Shown here: one piece after another, positions 1-10,283 of the stretch
Numbering within the stretch: the first letter of the stretch is position 1
Layout: every line of letters starts with the position of its first letter
Assembly: GCA_013205405.1 (NCBI GenBank)
Contig: JABMMZ010000099.1
Span: 1-63,648, forward strand
Reading direction: 5' to 3'
Source: Bacteroidota bacterium
GTDB taxonomy: Bacteria; Bacteroidota; Bacteroidia; NS11-12g; UBA955
Length of the DNA stretch: 63,648 nt
Made by a program: the position numbers and the translations under genes
The notes under the pieces: model-generated
Database searches by the model: none
What the model was told of the DNA's origin: nothing
Seen by the model: only the letters and a program-made list of their open reading frames with translations

Positions 1-151
1 TGCAAGAATCATCGCAAGTGCATTTGGTTTGACAGGTACCATTGCCGCAGCAAGAACCGTTACAATTAGAATTTACTTTGTTGTACGCAAATAAGGCGCC
101 TGTTGTAGCTACAATAGCAAATGTAGCAATTAAAATTACTTTCTTTTTCAT
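1..151 (-). CDS. Small exported Cys-rich protein (metallothionein-like), truncated by the window edge; not in ORF track
   Basis: Manual translation from ATG at 151: MKKKVILIATFAIVATTGALFAYNKVNSNCNGSCCGNGTCQTKCTCDDSC..; signal-peptide-like N-terminus, then 7 Cys in 21 residues. Confidence 0.8.
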   Translation of the reverse strand, partial: MKKKVILIATFAIVATTGALFAYNKVNSNCNGSCCGNGTCQTKCTCDDSC

Positions 152-243
152 GATATTTTTTTATTTAATGGTTTATTTTTTATTAATGTTTTTGCAGCAT
201 AATCCAACTACAAGTAGGTGAAAATTCATTCACCATCGCTAAA

Positions 244-299
244 TTTTGACTGATACGATTGGAATACAAGAAGCAGATTCCAATTAATTCAGTCTAAAA
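244..299 (-). promoter_or_regulatory. Long RNA hairpin directly after the stop codon of 302..709
   Basis: GACTGA 248-253 pairs with TCAGTC 289-294; ATTGGAAT 258-265 pairs with ATTCCAAT 277-284; second small hairpin GGTGAA/TTCACC at 217-234. Confidence 0.6.
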
Positions 300-301
300 A
301 A

Positions 302-709
302 TCAAATTTGAAAAACGCACTTATCAATAAGTATCGGCACTGTATGTGCGCGCTTACTGACAATAGAAATAAAGTGCGTATTAAGATAGTTGGGGTTTTG
401 AATACTATACTCAGGCAATAAACTAAATTGGGTATATACCATTTTAGTAAACTTATTGGCAAAAGAAAGTGGAGTTAATTTTTGATAACCTAAATTGTCA
501 TTTTTTGGTAAAAAAACAGGATTGGTATGGCAGCAAGTGCTTTTTGAAGCTTTAACACACGCACAACAATCTTCCTTTAAACTAGTTTTTGTAGGCGTAT
601 AATGCAGAGAAAAACCAGCAAATGAATCGCAGCAAATATTAATATCTAAAGCAATACCACTTGATGTAAGTAATATCAAAAAAGACAATATGGCCGCTTT
701 TATTTTCAT
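302..709 (-). CDS. Secreted Cys-rich protein, HYC_CC_PP-like family
   Basis: Signal peptide, ICC, DCCAC and CCH clusters, C-terminal P-I-L-x-x-x-C-V-F-x-I; -7 box TATATTTG upstream. Confidence 0.65.
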   Translation of the reverse strand: MKIKAAILSFLILLTSSGIALDINICCDSFAGFSLHYTPTKTSLKEDCCACVKASKSTCCHTNPVFLPKNDNLGYQKLTPLSFANKFTKMVYTQFSLLPEYSIQNPNYLNTHFISIVSKRAHTVPILIDKCVFQI

Positions 710-771
710 TTAACCTAATACAAATATACTATTTTTTTATTAAATGAAATATTTTTAACTATTTTTTTTTG

Positions 772-1332
772 ATGAGGCACTTTTCATTTTATAAAACATT
801 TGCATTATTATTTGTTTTTGCTAGTGGGTTTTCATGCTTTTTTTGTAAAAGTGAATTCAAAGAGTTTAAGGCAGGTGAACTATCAATAAGTTATTATAAT
901 TTATATAGAAATAAGACTTTAATACCTATACCTGATAACATAAATAGAATAACTGATACATTGAATATAAATTTAAAACAAGATTTTTATAGTGTACAAA
1001 TCAATAATAATTGTAGAAGTAATTTAATGGCTTGCTCACCATCTGGTCCAGAATACATAGATAGACCTGACTCTATTTCTGTAAAAACTTTAAGCAATTT
1101 TGATAATCAAACAAATGCTAATAGTAATATTAATGATTATTGTAGGTTATTTAGATATAATCATTCAATAGTACCTTTATTTGATTATGAATTTTATAGG
1201 GGTTATGATAATATAAATATTTGTTTAATAAAAAATCCAACCGTAGATTCTATAAAATTAAATATAAAGCTGTTCTTTAATGATAATTCTATGGTTCGCT
1301 CAGTAGATACTAAATGGCTAAAGTTTAATTAA
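772..1332 (+). CDS. Hypothetical exported protein or lipoprotein (DUF5034-like)
   Basis: Hydrophobic N-terminus with FSC; ACSP..DSISVKTLSNFD segment. Confidence 0.5.
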   Translation: MRHFSFYKTFALLFVFASGFSCFFCKSEFKEFKAGELSISYYNLYRNKTLIPIPDNINRITDTLNINLKQDFYSVQINNNCRSNLMACSPSGPEYIDRPDSISVKTLSNFDNQTNANSNINDYCRLFRYNHSIVPLFDYEFYRGYDNINICLIKNPTVDSIKLNIKLFFNDNSMVRSVDTKWLKFN

Positions 1333-2564
1333 ATATTTTCTGCCATTACCCAAGCCTCGCTCCAAGCTGCTTGAAAATTAAAACCACCAGTTAAGGCATC
1401 TATATTTAATACTTCACCTGCAAAAAATAAATTAGGAATTAATTTACTTTCCATCGTTTTAAATTCTACTTCTTTTAAATCAATACCACCTGCGGTTACA
1501 AACTCATCTTTAAAAGTGCTCTTGCCTTTTACCTGCATGCTACTATTTGTTATGCTTTCGGCTATTTTAAGCAGTAATTTATTGTTACATTCTATCCAAA
1601 TTTGCTCTTTATCTACAAATTCCTCCACTAAGCGTATCCAAAATCTATTGGTAAGTCCAAATAGAGCGGTATTGCCAATTTGTTTTTTAGGGGTTTCTGC
1701 TTTCTGTTTAATTAAAGTCTCCAATACCTGATCGGTAGTATAATTTCCTGCAAAATTTATAGCAATATCAAACTCATAATCTAAGTAATGAAGCAAACGG
1801 GCTGCTACCGATGATAATTTTAATATGGCAGGCCCACTTAAACCCCAATGGGTAATCAACATAGGGCCACTTTGTTGTATATCCTCTTTTTTAAGTTGAA
1901 ATTGCTTTTGTAGGTCTTTATCAATTAATAATTTAACCGTAGAATTACTAAAAGAATTCCCCATTAAATCATGTAATAAAGGGTGTTTAATATTAAATGT
2001 AAACAAAGAAGGAACAGGTGGAATAATTGTATGACCTAATTCAGCCATTTGTTGCCATAATTTATCACTACTACCACCTGCTATTATTAACTGCCTGCAT
2101 TTTACATTTTGATTATTTAATACTAAATCAAAGCCATTGGTTGTCTGTTTTATTTGTTGCACACCAGCGCCTACTTCCACTTTTATTCTTAATCTATCGC
2201 ATTCATTTAAAAAGCAATTAACAATGGTAGTAGAATCATCTGAAACAGGGAACATTCTGCCATCTGCTTCCTTTTTTAATTCAATTCGTCTTTGTTTAAA
2301 CCATTCTATGGTTTCCGTAGGACCAAATTTTTGAAAAACAGTTAATAGTTCTTTTTTACCTCTTGGATAATAGGCTACCAATTCTGTTGGATTAAAACAT
2401 GCATGTGTTACATTGCACCTGCCTCCGCCACTTATTTTTACTTTACCTAATAATGTTTTACTTTTTTCAAAAATAACCAAACTTAGGTTGGGTTTTTTAG
2501 CTTTTATATTTATAGCAGCAAAAAAACCTGCGGCTCCTCCTCCAACAATGGCTATGTCTATCAA
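1329..2564 (-). CDS. HI0933/YhiN (BaiN-like) FAD-dependent oxidoreductase
   Basis: GGGAAG, KVKISGGGRCNVT, ITHWGLSGPA, VTAGG, GGFNFQAAW motifs. Confidence 0.92.
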   Translation of the reverse strand: MIDIAIVGGGAAGFFAAINIKAKKPNLSLVIFEKSKTLLGKVKISGGGRCNVTHACFNPTELVAYYPRGKKELLTVFQKFGPTETIEWFKQRRIELKKEADGRMFPVSDDSTTIVNCFLNECDRLRIKVEVGAGVQQIKQTTNGFDLVLNNQNVKCRQLIIAGGSSDKLWQQMAELGHTIIPPVPSLFTFNIKHPLLHDLMGNSFSNSTVKLLIDKDLQKQFQLKKEDIQQSGPMLITHWGLSGPAILKLSSVAARLLHYLDYEFDIAINFAGNYTTDQVLETLIKQKAETPKKQIGNTALFGLTNRFWIRLVEEFVDKEQIWIECNNKLLLKIAESITNSSMQVKGKSTFKDEFVTAGGIDLKEVEFKTMESKLIPNLFFAGEVLNIDALTGGFNFQAAWSEAWVMAENI

Positions 2565-2620
2565 AATAATTTGTGTTTGATATTCTATTATTCTCGTTAG
2601 AATTTTAGAATTTAATCTGA

Positions 2621-2872
2621 TTAAAGTGCTTTTACGCTTATAGAAAAACTTTCCATTACTAAATTGGCCAATACTTTTTTAGCAGCATCCTCAGCTTGTT
2701 GTATGGCTTCTTGTTCTGAAATGGCTGTGGTTTCGTAAGTAATACATTTTCCTACTCTAACATTTTCTATGCTGGTAAAACCTATATTGTGTAAGCCATT
2801 GGTTACTGCTTTGCCTTGAGGGTCTAATAACTCTTTTCTTGGCATTACTTCTATTTCTATTAAAAATTTCAT
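2621..2872 (-). CDS. purS: Phosphoribosylformylglycinamidine synthase subunit PurS
   Basis: LLDPQGKAV, VRVGK, LAN.VME motifs; 83 aa. Confidence 0.95.
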   Translation of the reverse strand: MKFLIEIEVMPRKELLDPQGKAVTNGLHNIGFTSIENVRVGKCITYETTAISEQEAIQQAEDAAKKVLANLVMESFSISVKAL

Positions 2873-2875
2873 TTT

Positions 2876-3583
2876 TTATTTTTTTGCAAAATTAACAAAT
2901 ACTGAAGACAAAACATAAACTACATAAATAATAGGTACGGCTAACCACTGAAAAGCAATGATACTAAATAAACCAATAGCACCTATTATAAGCTGTACAG
3001 TGAAATCTTTTAGCTGTTTTCCTTTTTTAAACTTAAGAGATACCAATGGTATTTCGCTTACAAGAAGTAATGATATGGTTATACAAAAAAGTATATAACT
3101 TATAATATTTCCAAAAAAAAATTCAAAAATATTGGGGCAACTATTTTGAATAAACGCCCAGCTCGCTACCATTATGCCAGTAATGGGAGTAGGTACGCCA
3201 ATAAAGGATTCGCTTTGGCGGGTATCTATATTAAATTTTGCCAAACGATATGCTGAAAAAATAGCTAATAAAATAAAAGAATAAATAAATATGTTGCTCT
3301 CAATATTATGAGATAGTAGGGCATACTGATATATTAAAAGCGATGGTGCTACACCAAATGTAACACAATCTGCAAGAGAATCTAATTGCTTGCCCATGTC
3401 GCCACTTACACCTAATAAACGTGCCAAAAAACCATCAAAGAAATCTAAAATAGCAGCCAATACTATAAGCCATGCTGCCATTTCTAATTTTTTATCAAAA
3501 GCAAAAATTATGGCCAATACTCCGCAGGTTAAATTACCCAGAGTAAAAAGGTTTGGAATTTGTTTTTTGATAGCTGAAATCAT
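2876..3583 (-). CDS. pssA: CDP-diacylglycerol--serine O-phosphatidyltransferase
   Basis: IPNLFTLGN, DFFDGFLAR..G.QLDSLAD..TFGVAP, RLAKFN, FIGVPTP. Confidence 0.9.
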   Translation of the reverse strand: MISAIKKQIPNLFTLGNLTCGVLAIIFAFDKKLEMAAWLIVLAAILDFFDGFLARLLGVSGDMGKQLDSLADCVTFGVAPSLLIYQYALLSHNIESNIFIYSFILLAIFSAYRLAKFNIDTRQSESFIGVPTPITGIMVASWAFIQNSCPNIFEFFFGNIISYILFCITISLLLVSEIPLVSLKFKKGKQLKDFTVQLIIGAIGLFSIIAFQWLAVPIIYVVYVLSSVFVNFAKK

Positions 3584-3604
3584 ATCACAAAAGTATGACT
3601 TTAT

Positions 3605-5460
3605 TTATTCTTGTATTAAAATACTTAAACTAAAGTTAAAGCCATAATTATCTAATGATGTTCTTGGAGAACTAATACTTAGATTATTGTAAGTGCCGCT
3701 GGGGTTCCAATATTTTTTAGAGATATCAAACATGTATTTCCCTCGTGCAAAAATACCTAACCATGAAGAAATGGCAAATCTTAAATCTAAGCCTGCCCCT
3801 AAGCCATGGTTTATAAATTTATTACTACCATCCTTGCTAAAACCTGGCACAATTACTTGATTCATTGAATCATTTTGTGTTGCTAATACTAATCTTTTAT
3901 AAGCTAATGTAGCATATATGCCAAAAGTAAATCTATTGCTAATATGCGGACTGTATCCATAACTTTCGCTGATGTTATAGCCTGATAAATTGTATTTGAA
4001 ATTTTTATTAATGTTTTTTTGTCTTTCAAATACTTCAATTTACCCACATTATAATTGCCAAAATCACTGTAAGTGTACCCAAATGATTTTTTGCGAATAG
4101 CATCTGAAAAACGGGTGTTTAAAGGTAAAGTTTTGTTGGATAATTCTTTGAAATTAAAATAGGATAAACCATCGCTAAAATTTAACATTACCGCCCATTC
4201 ATGAAAATCATATTTATCTTTTTTAGTTGTAATTTTATCTTTTTCAGTACAATTGACATTGTTTATTAAAATAAATTGAAAATGCTTGAGCAGTAAAGTA
4301 TCCTTAGATTCTATTTTTTTTATAATATTATCTTTAGTAAACTCTATGTCCAAATATTTTTTAAGTTCATCGCTTGTGTTTTTATCCTCAAAAAAATCTT
4401 TATTTGCATTGTAATTATTACTGGTATAATATCCTTCGCCTCTGCCTTTATAAAAAATACCAATGCTCATATTTTGGCCACTCCTTCGTTCAATCTTTTG
4501 GCATTAGAATTAAACGCATACCAATTACATTCAAAATTCAACTCTGTTTGACTGGTATGGCAGCGGCCAAATTGCCATAATATTTTTTATTTGGGTTATT
4601 CAATATTAAGTTAGAAAGATTATCATATATCATGTGCTCTCTGTAAATATATTGATGCGGCATACTTAGGTAATTTTGCCATTTTCTATAGGCTATAATA
4701 CTATTGAATACTTGGTCGAATATTTAAATCGACCCCTATAAAATCTCTGTATACCAATCTATTGATGGCATAATCTGCAATCACAGAGTCAAAGTGTTTT
4801 TATTGTCAAATCCTCGGTTATAGAAGTTATTGTATGAAAATGAATTTTTTTTTGCTCTTCATAATCATTGTATGATTTATTTTTAACACCAATGTAATAA
4901 GCATAAGATTTTAAAACTTCTATTTGAAAATCAATAGCTTTTGGTACTGCTTTGTCTTTAGGAATCAATCTGTTTAACAGTACCGGTCCATCATCTGCAA
5001 AGCGTTCTAAATCAATGCCGTGAAACTTTATGCGCTTTTCTAATGGTAATGATAAATTGTAGGTTCGTAATTTTTTATACAAATTGAGATACTTGGTTGC
5101 TGTAGTTCCCTCCATATTTTTAAAATAAGATGTATCATCGTTTATATATTTATTCAACATATAGCCTCTAGAAAAACCGAGTTCAATAAGCAGATTTCTT
5201 ACCCCTGCTTTTTCATTTAAATATTTTAGTATTTTAAGCTCAATATTTGAATTTTGATTGGCGTAACTATGATTTTCGCCTGTAAAAAAAACAGTGTAAT
5301 TATTTACAATACTATCTAGTTTATTCAGTCCTAAAATAGGAATATCAGGAATTGAATCAAAATAAGAATAACTTGATTTCTGACTTTTTAAGGAATTGGA
5401 GGTAAAACAAATTATAAAAATTAAAATAATTTTACTGAGTGATACACAAATGTTTTTCAT
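3605..5460 (-). pseudogene. One frameshifted gene (about 620 codons): erythromycin-esterase-like N-terminal domain plus putative C-terminal beta-barrel; either a pseudogene or an assembly error
   Basis: ORFs 4789..5475, 3904..4470 and 3605..3865 join into one frame after repairing indels near 4850, 4795, 4722, 4573, 4473 and 4017; GENH, ELG, GIDLE and YGQFGRCH motifs recovered. Confidence 0.75.
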
Positions 5461-5561
5461 ATACAATAAATGCAAATAACAAATAAATATTGTGTATTCG
5501 TTTGATCATTTTTATAAATGTTTTAAAAATTTAGGTATTTTAACTTTATTTTTGCATCTTT

Positions 5562-7091
5562 ATGAAGAAAGTAAGAGTAAGATTTGCCCCAAGTCCAACG
5601 GGACCTTTACATATAGGAGGTGTGCGTACTGCATTGTTTAATTATTTATTTGCCAAACAAAATGATGGCGATATGATATTAAGGATAGAAGATACCGACC
5701 AAGCCCGTTTGGTAGAAGGAGCAGAAGATTACATTGTGAAATCTTTAGCATGGGTGGGTATTCTATTTGACGAAGGCACGCACGTAGGTGGACCATGTGC
5801 GCCCTACAGACAAAGTGATAGAAAACCAATGTACCGTCAGTATGCCGACCAATTATTAGCTAATGATTATGCCTATTATGCCTTTGATACTGTTGAAGAA
5901 TTAGATGAAATGCGCGATAAACTAAAAGCAGGAGGTATGTCGCCACAGTATGATGCTGTAAGTAGAATGAGTATGAAAAACTCATTAACATTATCGGAAG
6001 ATGAAGTAAAACGCAAAATTGCAGCAGGTGAGCCTTATGTTATTCGTATAAAATTACCTAGAAAAGAAGAAGTGCGTTTTCATGATTTAATCAGAGGTTG
6101 GGTGGTAGTGCAAACCAGCGCCATGGATGATAAAGTTTTATTTAAAAGTGATGGCATGCCTACTTATCATTTAGCCAATATAGTAGATGATTACACAATG
6201 AAAATTAGTCATGTGATAAGAGGCGAAGAATGGTTGCCTTCTGCTCCTTTGCATGTTATGTTATATCGCTATTTAGGTTGGGCAGATGCTATGCCACAGT
6301 TTGCACATTTACCACTTATTTTAAAACCTGATGGCAATGGTAAGTTAAGTAAAAGAGATGGAGATAGGTTAGGATTTCCAGTTTTTCCTTTAGAGTGGAA
6401 ATATCCTACTACAAATGAAGTAAGCAGCGGATACCGCGAAAAAGGGTATGAGCCAGAAGGCGTTATCAATATGCTGGCATTATTGGGTTGGCATACTTCG
6501 GACAATAGAGAATTATTTGGCATAGAAGAATTAATACAATTATTTTCAATAGAAAAAATAAGTAAAAATGGCGCTAAATTTGATCCTGAGAAAGCTAAAT
6601 GGTTTAATCACCAACATTTAATGTTGAAAGCAAATGAAGTATTAGCGCAAGATATTTTACCTCAAATAACAGCTAAAGGCTATATTACTACTTTAGATTA
6701 TGTAGAAAAAGTAATAGGATTAATGAAAGAAAAAGTAACTTTTAAAAGTGAAATAGCCGATAAAAGTGATTATTTCTTTGCCGCACCTAAGCAATATGAT
6801 GAGCAAGTAATAGCTAAGAAATGGACTGTACAAGCTTCCGATTTTTTAAAGCAATTTGCAGAAATACTACTTCAAAATGAAACAGCAAATTCAGTAGATT
6901 TAGAAGCACTATTTAAAAGTAATGCTCAACAAATGGAAGCCAATCCAGGAAGCCTAATGCAACCGTTGCGAGTAGCTTTGAGTGGCGAAGGCGGAGGTCC
7001 ACCTTTGTTTGAAATGTTGCATTTGATAGGTGTAAAAGAATGCGCTAACAGAATACATACAGCCTTAAATTTAATTAATAAAACAGCCTAA
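5562..7091 (+). CDS. gltX: Glutamate--tRNA ligase
   Basis: RFAPSPTG, HIGG, LRIEDTD, KLSKR. Confidence 0.98.
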   Translation: MKKVRVRFAPSPTGPLHIGGVRTALFNYLFAKQNDGDMILRIEDTDQARLVEGAEDYIVKSLAWVGILFDEGTHVGGPCAPYRQSDRKPMYRQYADQLLANDYAYYAFDTVEELDEMRDKLKAGGMSPQYDAVSRMSMKNSLTLSEDEVKRKIAAGEPYVIRIKLPRKEEVRFHDLIRGWVVVQTSAMDDKVLFKSDGMPTYHLANIVDDYTMKISHVIRGEEWLPSAPLHVMLYRYLGWADAMPQFAHLPLILKPDGNGKLSKRDGDRLGFPVFPLEWKYPTTNEVSSGYREKGYEPEGVINMLALLGWHTSDNRELFGIEELIQLFSIEKISKNGAKFDPEKAKWFNHQHLMLKANEVLAQDILPQITAKGYITTLDYVEKVIGLMKEKVTFKSEIADKSDYFFAAPKQYDEQVIAKKWTVQASDFLKQFAEILLQNETANSVDLEALFKSNAQQMEANPGSLMQPLRVALSGEGGGPPLFEMLHLIGVKECANRIHTALNLINKTA

Positions 7092-7098
7092 TTTTTAA

Positions 7099-7632
7099 AT
7101 GAAAAAAAGTATTAAATACTGTTTGTTTTATTCTCTGCAGGTATTGCTTTTAGCAAGTTGTGGATTTGCACATTTTACAGCTATGCCTGGTTCAGAAAGA
7201 AAGGTTTTTCCTACGGAATTACAAGGTAATTACATATCTTTAAATACAGAAAAAAATTCGAAGGATACTTTTACTTTAACCATTACTGATACTAAATCTA
7301 TTACCAATGATGCCATTTTAAAAGACTTATTACAATTAACAGATAGCACAACTTTAAGTCATTTAGGCGATTTCTATTTTTTTAATGTAAAAGGACAAGA
7401 TTCAGCTAATAGAATTACGTGGACTTTATTTCCTATTTATCCTAAAAACGATATTTTGTATATTTACTCCATTCCTTTGGGTAAGCAAACCAAAAAATTA
7501 AATAAATATTTAAAGCAAGATATAAATGGTACTTATATCATGAATAACGAGCCTTTTAAAAACTACTGTGAAAAGTATTTAAAGAAAAAGAGATACAGAA
7601 AAAACGCATCTAAACTACATAAAATAAAATAA
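7099..7632 (+). CDS. Hypothetical lipoprotein
   Basis: Lipobox LLASC; stop overlaps next start. Confidence 0.7.
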   Translation: MKKSIKYCLFYSLQVLLLASCGFAHFTAMPGSERKVFPTELQGNYISLNTEKNSKDTFTLTITDTKSITNDAILKDLLQLTDSTTLSHLGDFYFFNVKGQDSANRITWTLFPIYPKNDILYIYSIPLGKQTKKLNKYLKQDINGTYIMNNEPFKNYCEKYLKKKRYRKNASKLHKIK

Positions 7633-8048
7633 TGGCAGAATTAAACAGACCAATAAGAGTATTGATAGCTAAAGTAGGCTTAGATGGCCATGATAGAGGT
7701 GCTAAGGTAATAGCCACAACCTTAAGAGATGCTGGCATGGAAGTAATTTATACGGGGCTTCGTCAAACACCCGAAATGGTTGTAAATGCAGCCTTACAAG
7801 AAGATGTTGATGTTATAGGCATTAGCATACTTTCTGGCGCGCACAACAGTGTTTTTCCTAAAGTAATAGATTTTATGAAAAGCAAACAATTGGACAATGT
7901 GCTGCTTATTGGCGGAGGAATAATTCCGGATGATGACATGAAAAGTTTGAATTCCCAAGGTGTGGCTAAACTTTTTCCTCCAGGCACTAATACTGCTGAA
8001 ATAGTAAGTTATATTAAAGATTGGGTAATTGAGAATAGAATTTTTTAA
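7632..8048 (+). CDS. Cobalamin-binding domain protein (methylmalonyl-CoA mutase C-terminal-type subunit)
   Basis: [10 protein letters not shown] (DxHxxG), SILSGAH, GGGIIP. Confidence 0.92.
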   Translation: MAELNRPIRVLIAKVGLDGHDRGAKVIATTLRDAGMEVIYTGLRQTPEMVVNAALQEDVDVIGISILSGAHNSVFPKVIDFMKSKQLDNVLLIGGGIIPDDDMKSLNSQGVAKLFPPGTNTAEIVSYIKDWVIENRIF

Positions 8049-8054
8049 ACGCTT

Positions 8055-8444
8055 ATGAAAAATTTCTTTGGAATATTTATTAGCTGTTCGAAAAAAATAT
8101 CTGAACGTAGTTTTAATTTTCAGAATTTATACTATTTATTGCTTAATTCTAATGATTCAATACAAAATACTCAAACATACTCCATGAAAAGTATTTATTC
8201 TATTAAAAAAATAATGGCTTATTATGTTGAACTGGATGCAAATACGGATATTACTGTTTTTGAATTAATTACCAGAAATAGAATAGATACTTTTGCTGTT
8301 TATTACTCCAAAATAATAAATGATGAGTTACAAAAGATTACTTTTGGTATTAATAAAATAAATTCTAAAACATTGGTTTCAAAAACACTTGATAATAGAG
8401 ATACAAGTTATAATGTAGGTGATATAAATTTATTTTTTCGGTAA
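8055..8444 (+). CDS. Hypothetical protein, possibly an eroded lipoprotein
   Basis: 129-aa ORF; very short hydrophobic stretch before ISC; no recognisable motif. Confidence 0.4.
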   Translation: MKNFFGIFISCSKKISERSFNFQNLYYLLLNSNDSIQNTQTYSMKSIYSIKKIMAYYVELDANTDITVFELITRNRIDTFAVYYSKIINDELQKITFGINKINSKTLVSKTLDNRDTSYNVGDINLFFR

Positions 8445-8525
8445 AATAAGTATAAAAAAATCCTTATTAAACTATCGCATGTATTGTAATTAATTCAATT
8501 TTATCATTGCAATATTTTTTTCTTT

Positions 8526-10127
8526 TTACTCCCAAGGATTACCATCTTCAGTAATATTTGCACCTGTTTCTGTATCATCATCTTCCGGATTCCAATCTTC
8601 TTCTTTTTTGAGGACCGTTTTACCTAATTGATACATATCTGTTTTGCTGATAGTATCTTCTGAGTCTGTATTTACCTTACTACCTAAGGTTACTGTTTTA
8701 GGACCTTGTTCTTCGTCTGTAGGGTAATAGTTTTCTTCGTAGTTTTCAAACTTGGCTAAATGCGACACATATCTAACCCTTGCATTATCTGTTCGGCCAT
8801 TTCTATGTTTTGATATCATAATTTCTGCCATGCTTTTATCATGCTCATACACATCACTAGAAAGTTTGTAATAGTCAGGACGCCATATAAATCCTACTAT
8901 ATCTGCATCTTGCTCTATACTACCCGACTCACGTAAATCACTTAATTGTGGTTTTTTATCTCCTCCACGTTTTTCCACGTCTCTACTTAATTGGGCTAGA
9001 GCAATAATTGGTATGTTTAATTCTTTGGCTAACGCTTTTAACGAACGAGATATATAACTTATTTCTTGCTCACGATTACCATTTTTATTGGTGCTATCTT
9101 CGCCACGCATTAATTGTAAGTAGTCTATAACAATCATTTCAATATTATGCTTACTGTGTAATCTTCTGCATTTTGCTTTTAACTCAAAAATAGGTAAGGA
9201 AGGGGTATCATCAATATAAATTTTGGCTTTGCTTAGTTTTTGTATTTTAGTGTGTAATTGTGCCCACTCATGTTCTTCTAATTGGCCTTTTTTTAGTTTT
9301 TCAGAATTCAATCCACTTTCAGAGGCAATAAGTCTTGTTACCAATTGTGTAGCAGTCATTTCTAAAGAGAAAATAGCAACGGATTTTTGAAAATCTACAG
9401 CAGCATTTCGCAACATACTTAAAGCTAGTGCTGTTTTACCCATACCTGGACGGGCAGCTAAAATAATTAAATCTGATTTTTGCCAACCTGCGGTAATATG
9501 GTCTAAAGTTTTAAGTCCGCTTGGTACACCTGTCAGTCCATCTTTTTTCTCAACATTGGCTTCTATTTGTAAAATTGCTTGGTTCATAATGGTAGAAATT
9601 TCTTGGTAAGAACGTTTCATTCCATCATTTTTTACTTCATATAAATCTTTTTCTGTAGCATCTAATAGTTTAAATGCATCGGTACTATCTTCAAAAGCCT
9701 CTGTGATAGTAGTGCCAGAAATTCTAATAAGTTCACGTTGTATAAATTTTTGAATAACTATATGCGCATGGTATTGCATATTGGCTGCAGAAGATACACG
9801 GCTTGTAAGTTTTGCTATAAAATAGGGGCCTCCTACTATATCTAAAAAACCTTTAACTTTTAATTTTTCGGTTACGGTTAATATATCTACAGGTTGGTTT
9901 TCGTTATACAAATCAAGCATGCATTCGTACACATATTGATGTGCATCTACATAAAAATGTTTGGCTTTAAGTGTTTCCATACCATCTTTCAAGGCTTCTT
10001 TATCCAGCATTATGGCGCCTAGTATGGCTTCTTCAAATTCGGGAGCTTGGGGTGGCAATTTTCCTCCTGCATCAAGTGCGGTGTAATCTAATCTTTTTTG
10101 TTTTCGCACACTTGGTCTTTCTATCAT
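8526..10127 (-). CDS. dnaB: Replicative DNA helicase
   Basis: LPPQA, AARPGMGKT, FSLEM, IDYLQL, LSDLRESGSIEQDAD, KHRNG; start set to ATG at 10127 behind the -7 box. Confidence 0.97.
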   Translation of the reverse strand: MIERPSVRKQKRLDYTALDAGGKLPPQAPEFEEAILGAIMLDKEALKDGMETLKAKHFYVDAHQYVYECMLDLYNENQPVDILTVTEKLKVKGFLDIVGGPYFIAKLTSRVSSAANMQYHAHIVIQKFIQRELIRISGTTITEAFEDSTDAFKLLDATEKDLYEVKNDGMKRSYQEISTIMNQAILQIEANVEKKDGLTGVPSGLKTLDHITAGWQKSDLIILAARPGMGKTALALSMLRNAAVDFQKSVAIFSLEMTATQLVTRLIASESGLNSEKLKKGQLEEHEWAQLHTKIQKLSKAKIYIDDTPSLPIFELKAKCRRLHSKHNIEMIVIDYLQLMRGEDSTNKNGNREQEISYISRSLKALAKELNIPIIALAQLSRDVEKRGGDKKPQLSDLRESGSIEQDADIVGFIWRPDYYKLSSDVYEHDKSMAEIMISKHRNGRTDNARVRYVSHLAKFENYEENYYPTDEEQGPKTVTLGSKVNTDSEDTISKTDMYQLGKTVLKKEEDWNPEDDDTETGANITEDGNPWE

Positions 10128-10241
10128 AGTTGCAAAGCTATTGGTATTAAGTCCTATCAGCAATATTAGTTATGTACTGTTTTTAGGTTAAAAATAGCCG
10201 AAGAGTTCATATAGATAGAAAAATGAAAAGCTAGCAAACAC

Positions 10242-10283
10242 TTATCAACAAAATTTTGATAGATGTTAAGTTCCTGTGGATAG
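10242..10283. promoter_or_regulatory. Two DnaA-box-like 9-mers upstream of dnaB
   Basis: TTATCAACA 10242-10250 and TGTGGATAG 10275-10283, each one mismatch from TTATCCACA. Confidence 0.5.

Noticed and set aside
7632-8048. Stand-alone B12-binding subunit without its mutase partner
   Set aside because: Split methylmalonyl-CoA-mutase-type subunits at separate loci are common; no cobalamin riboswitch is visible
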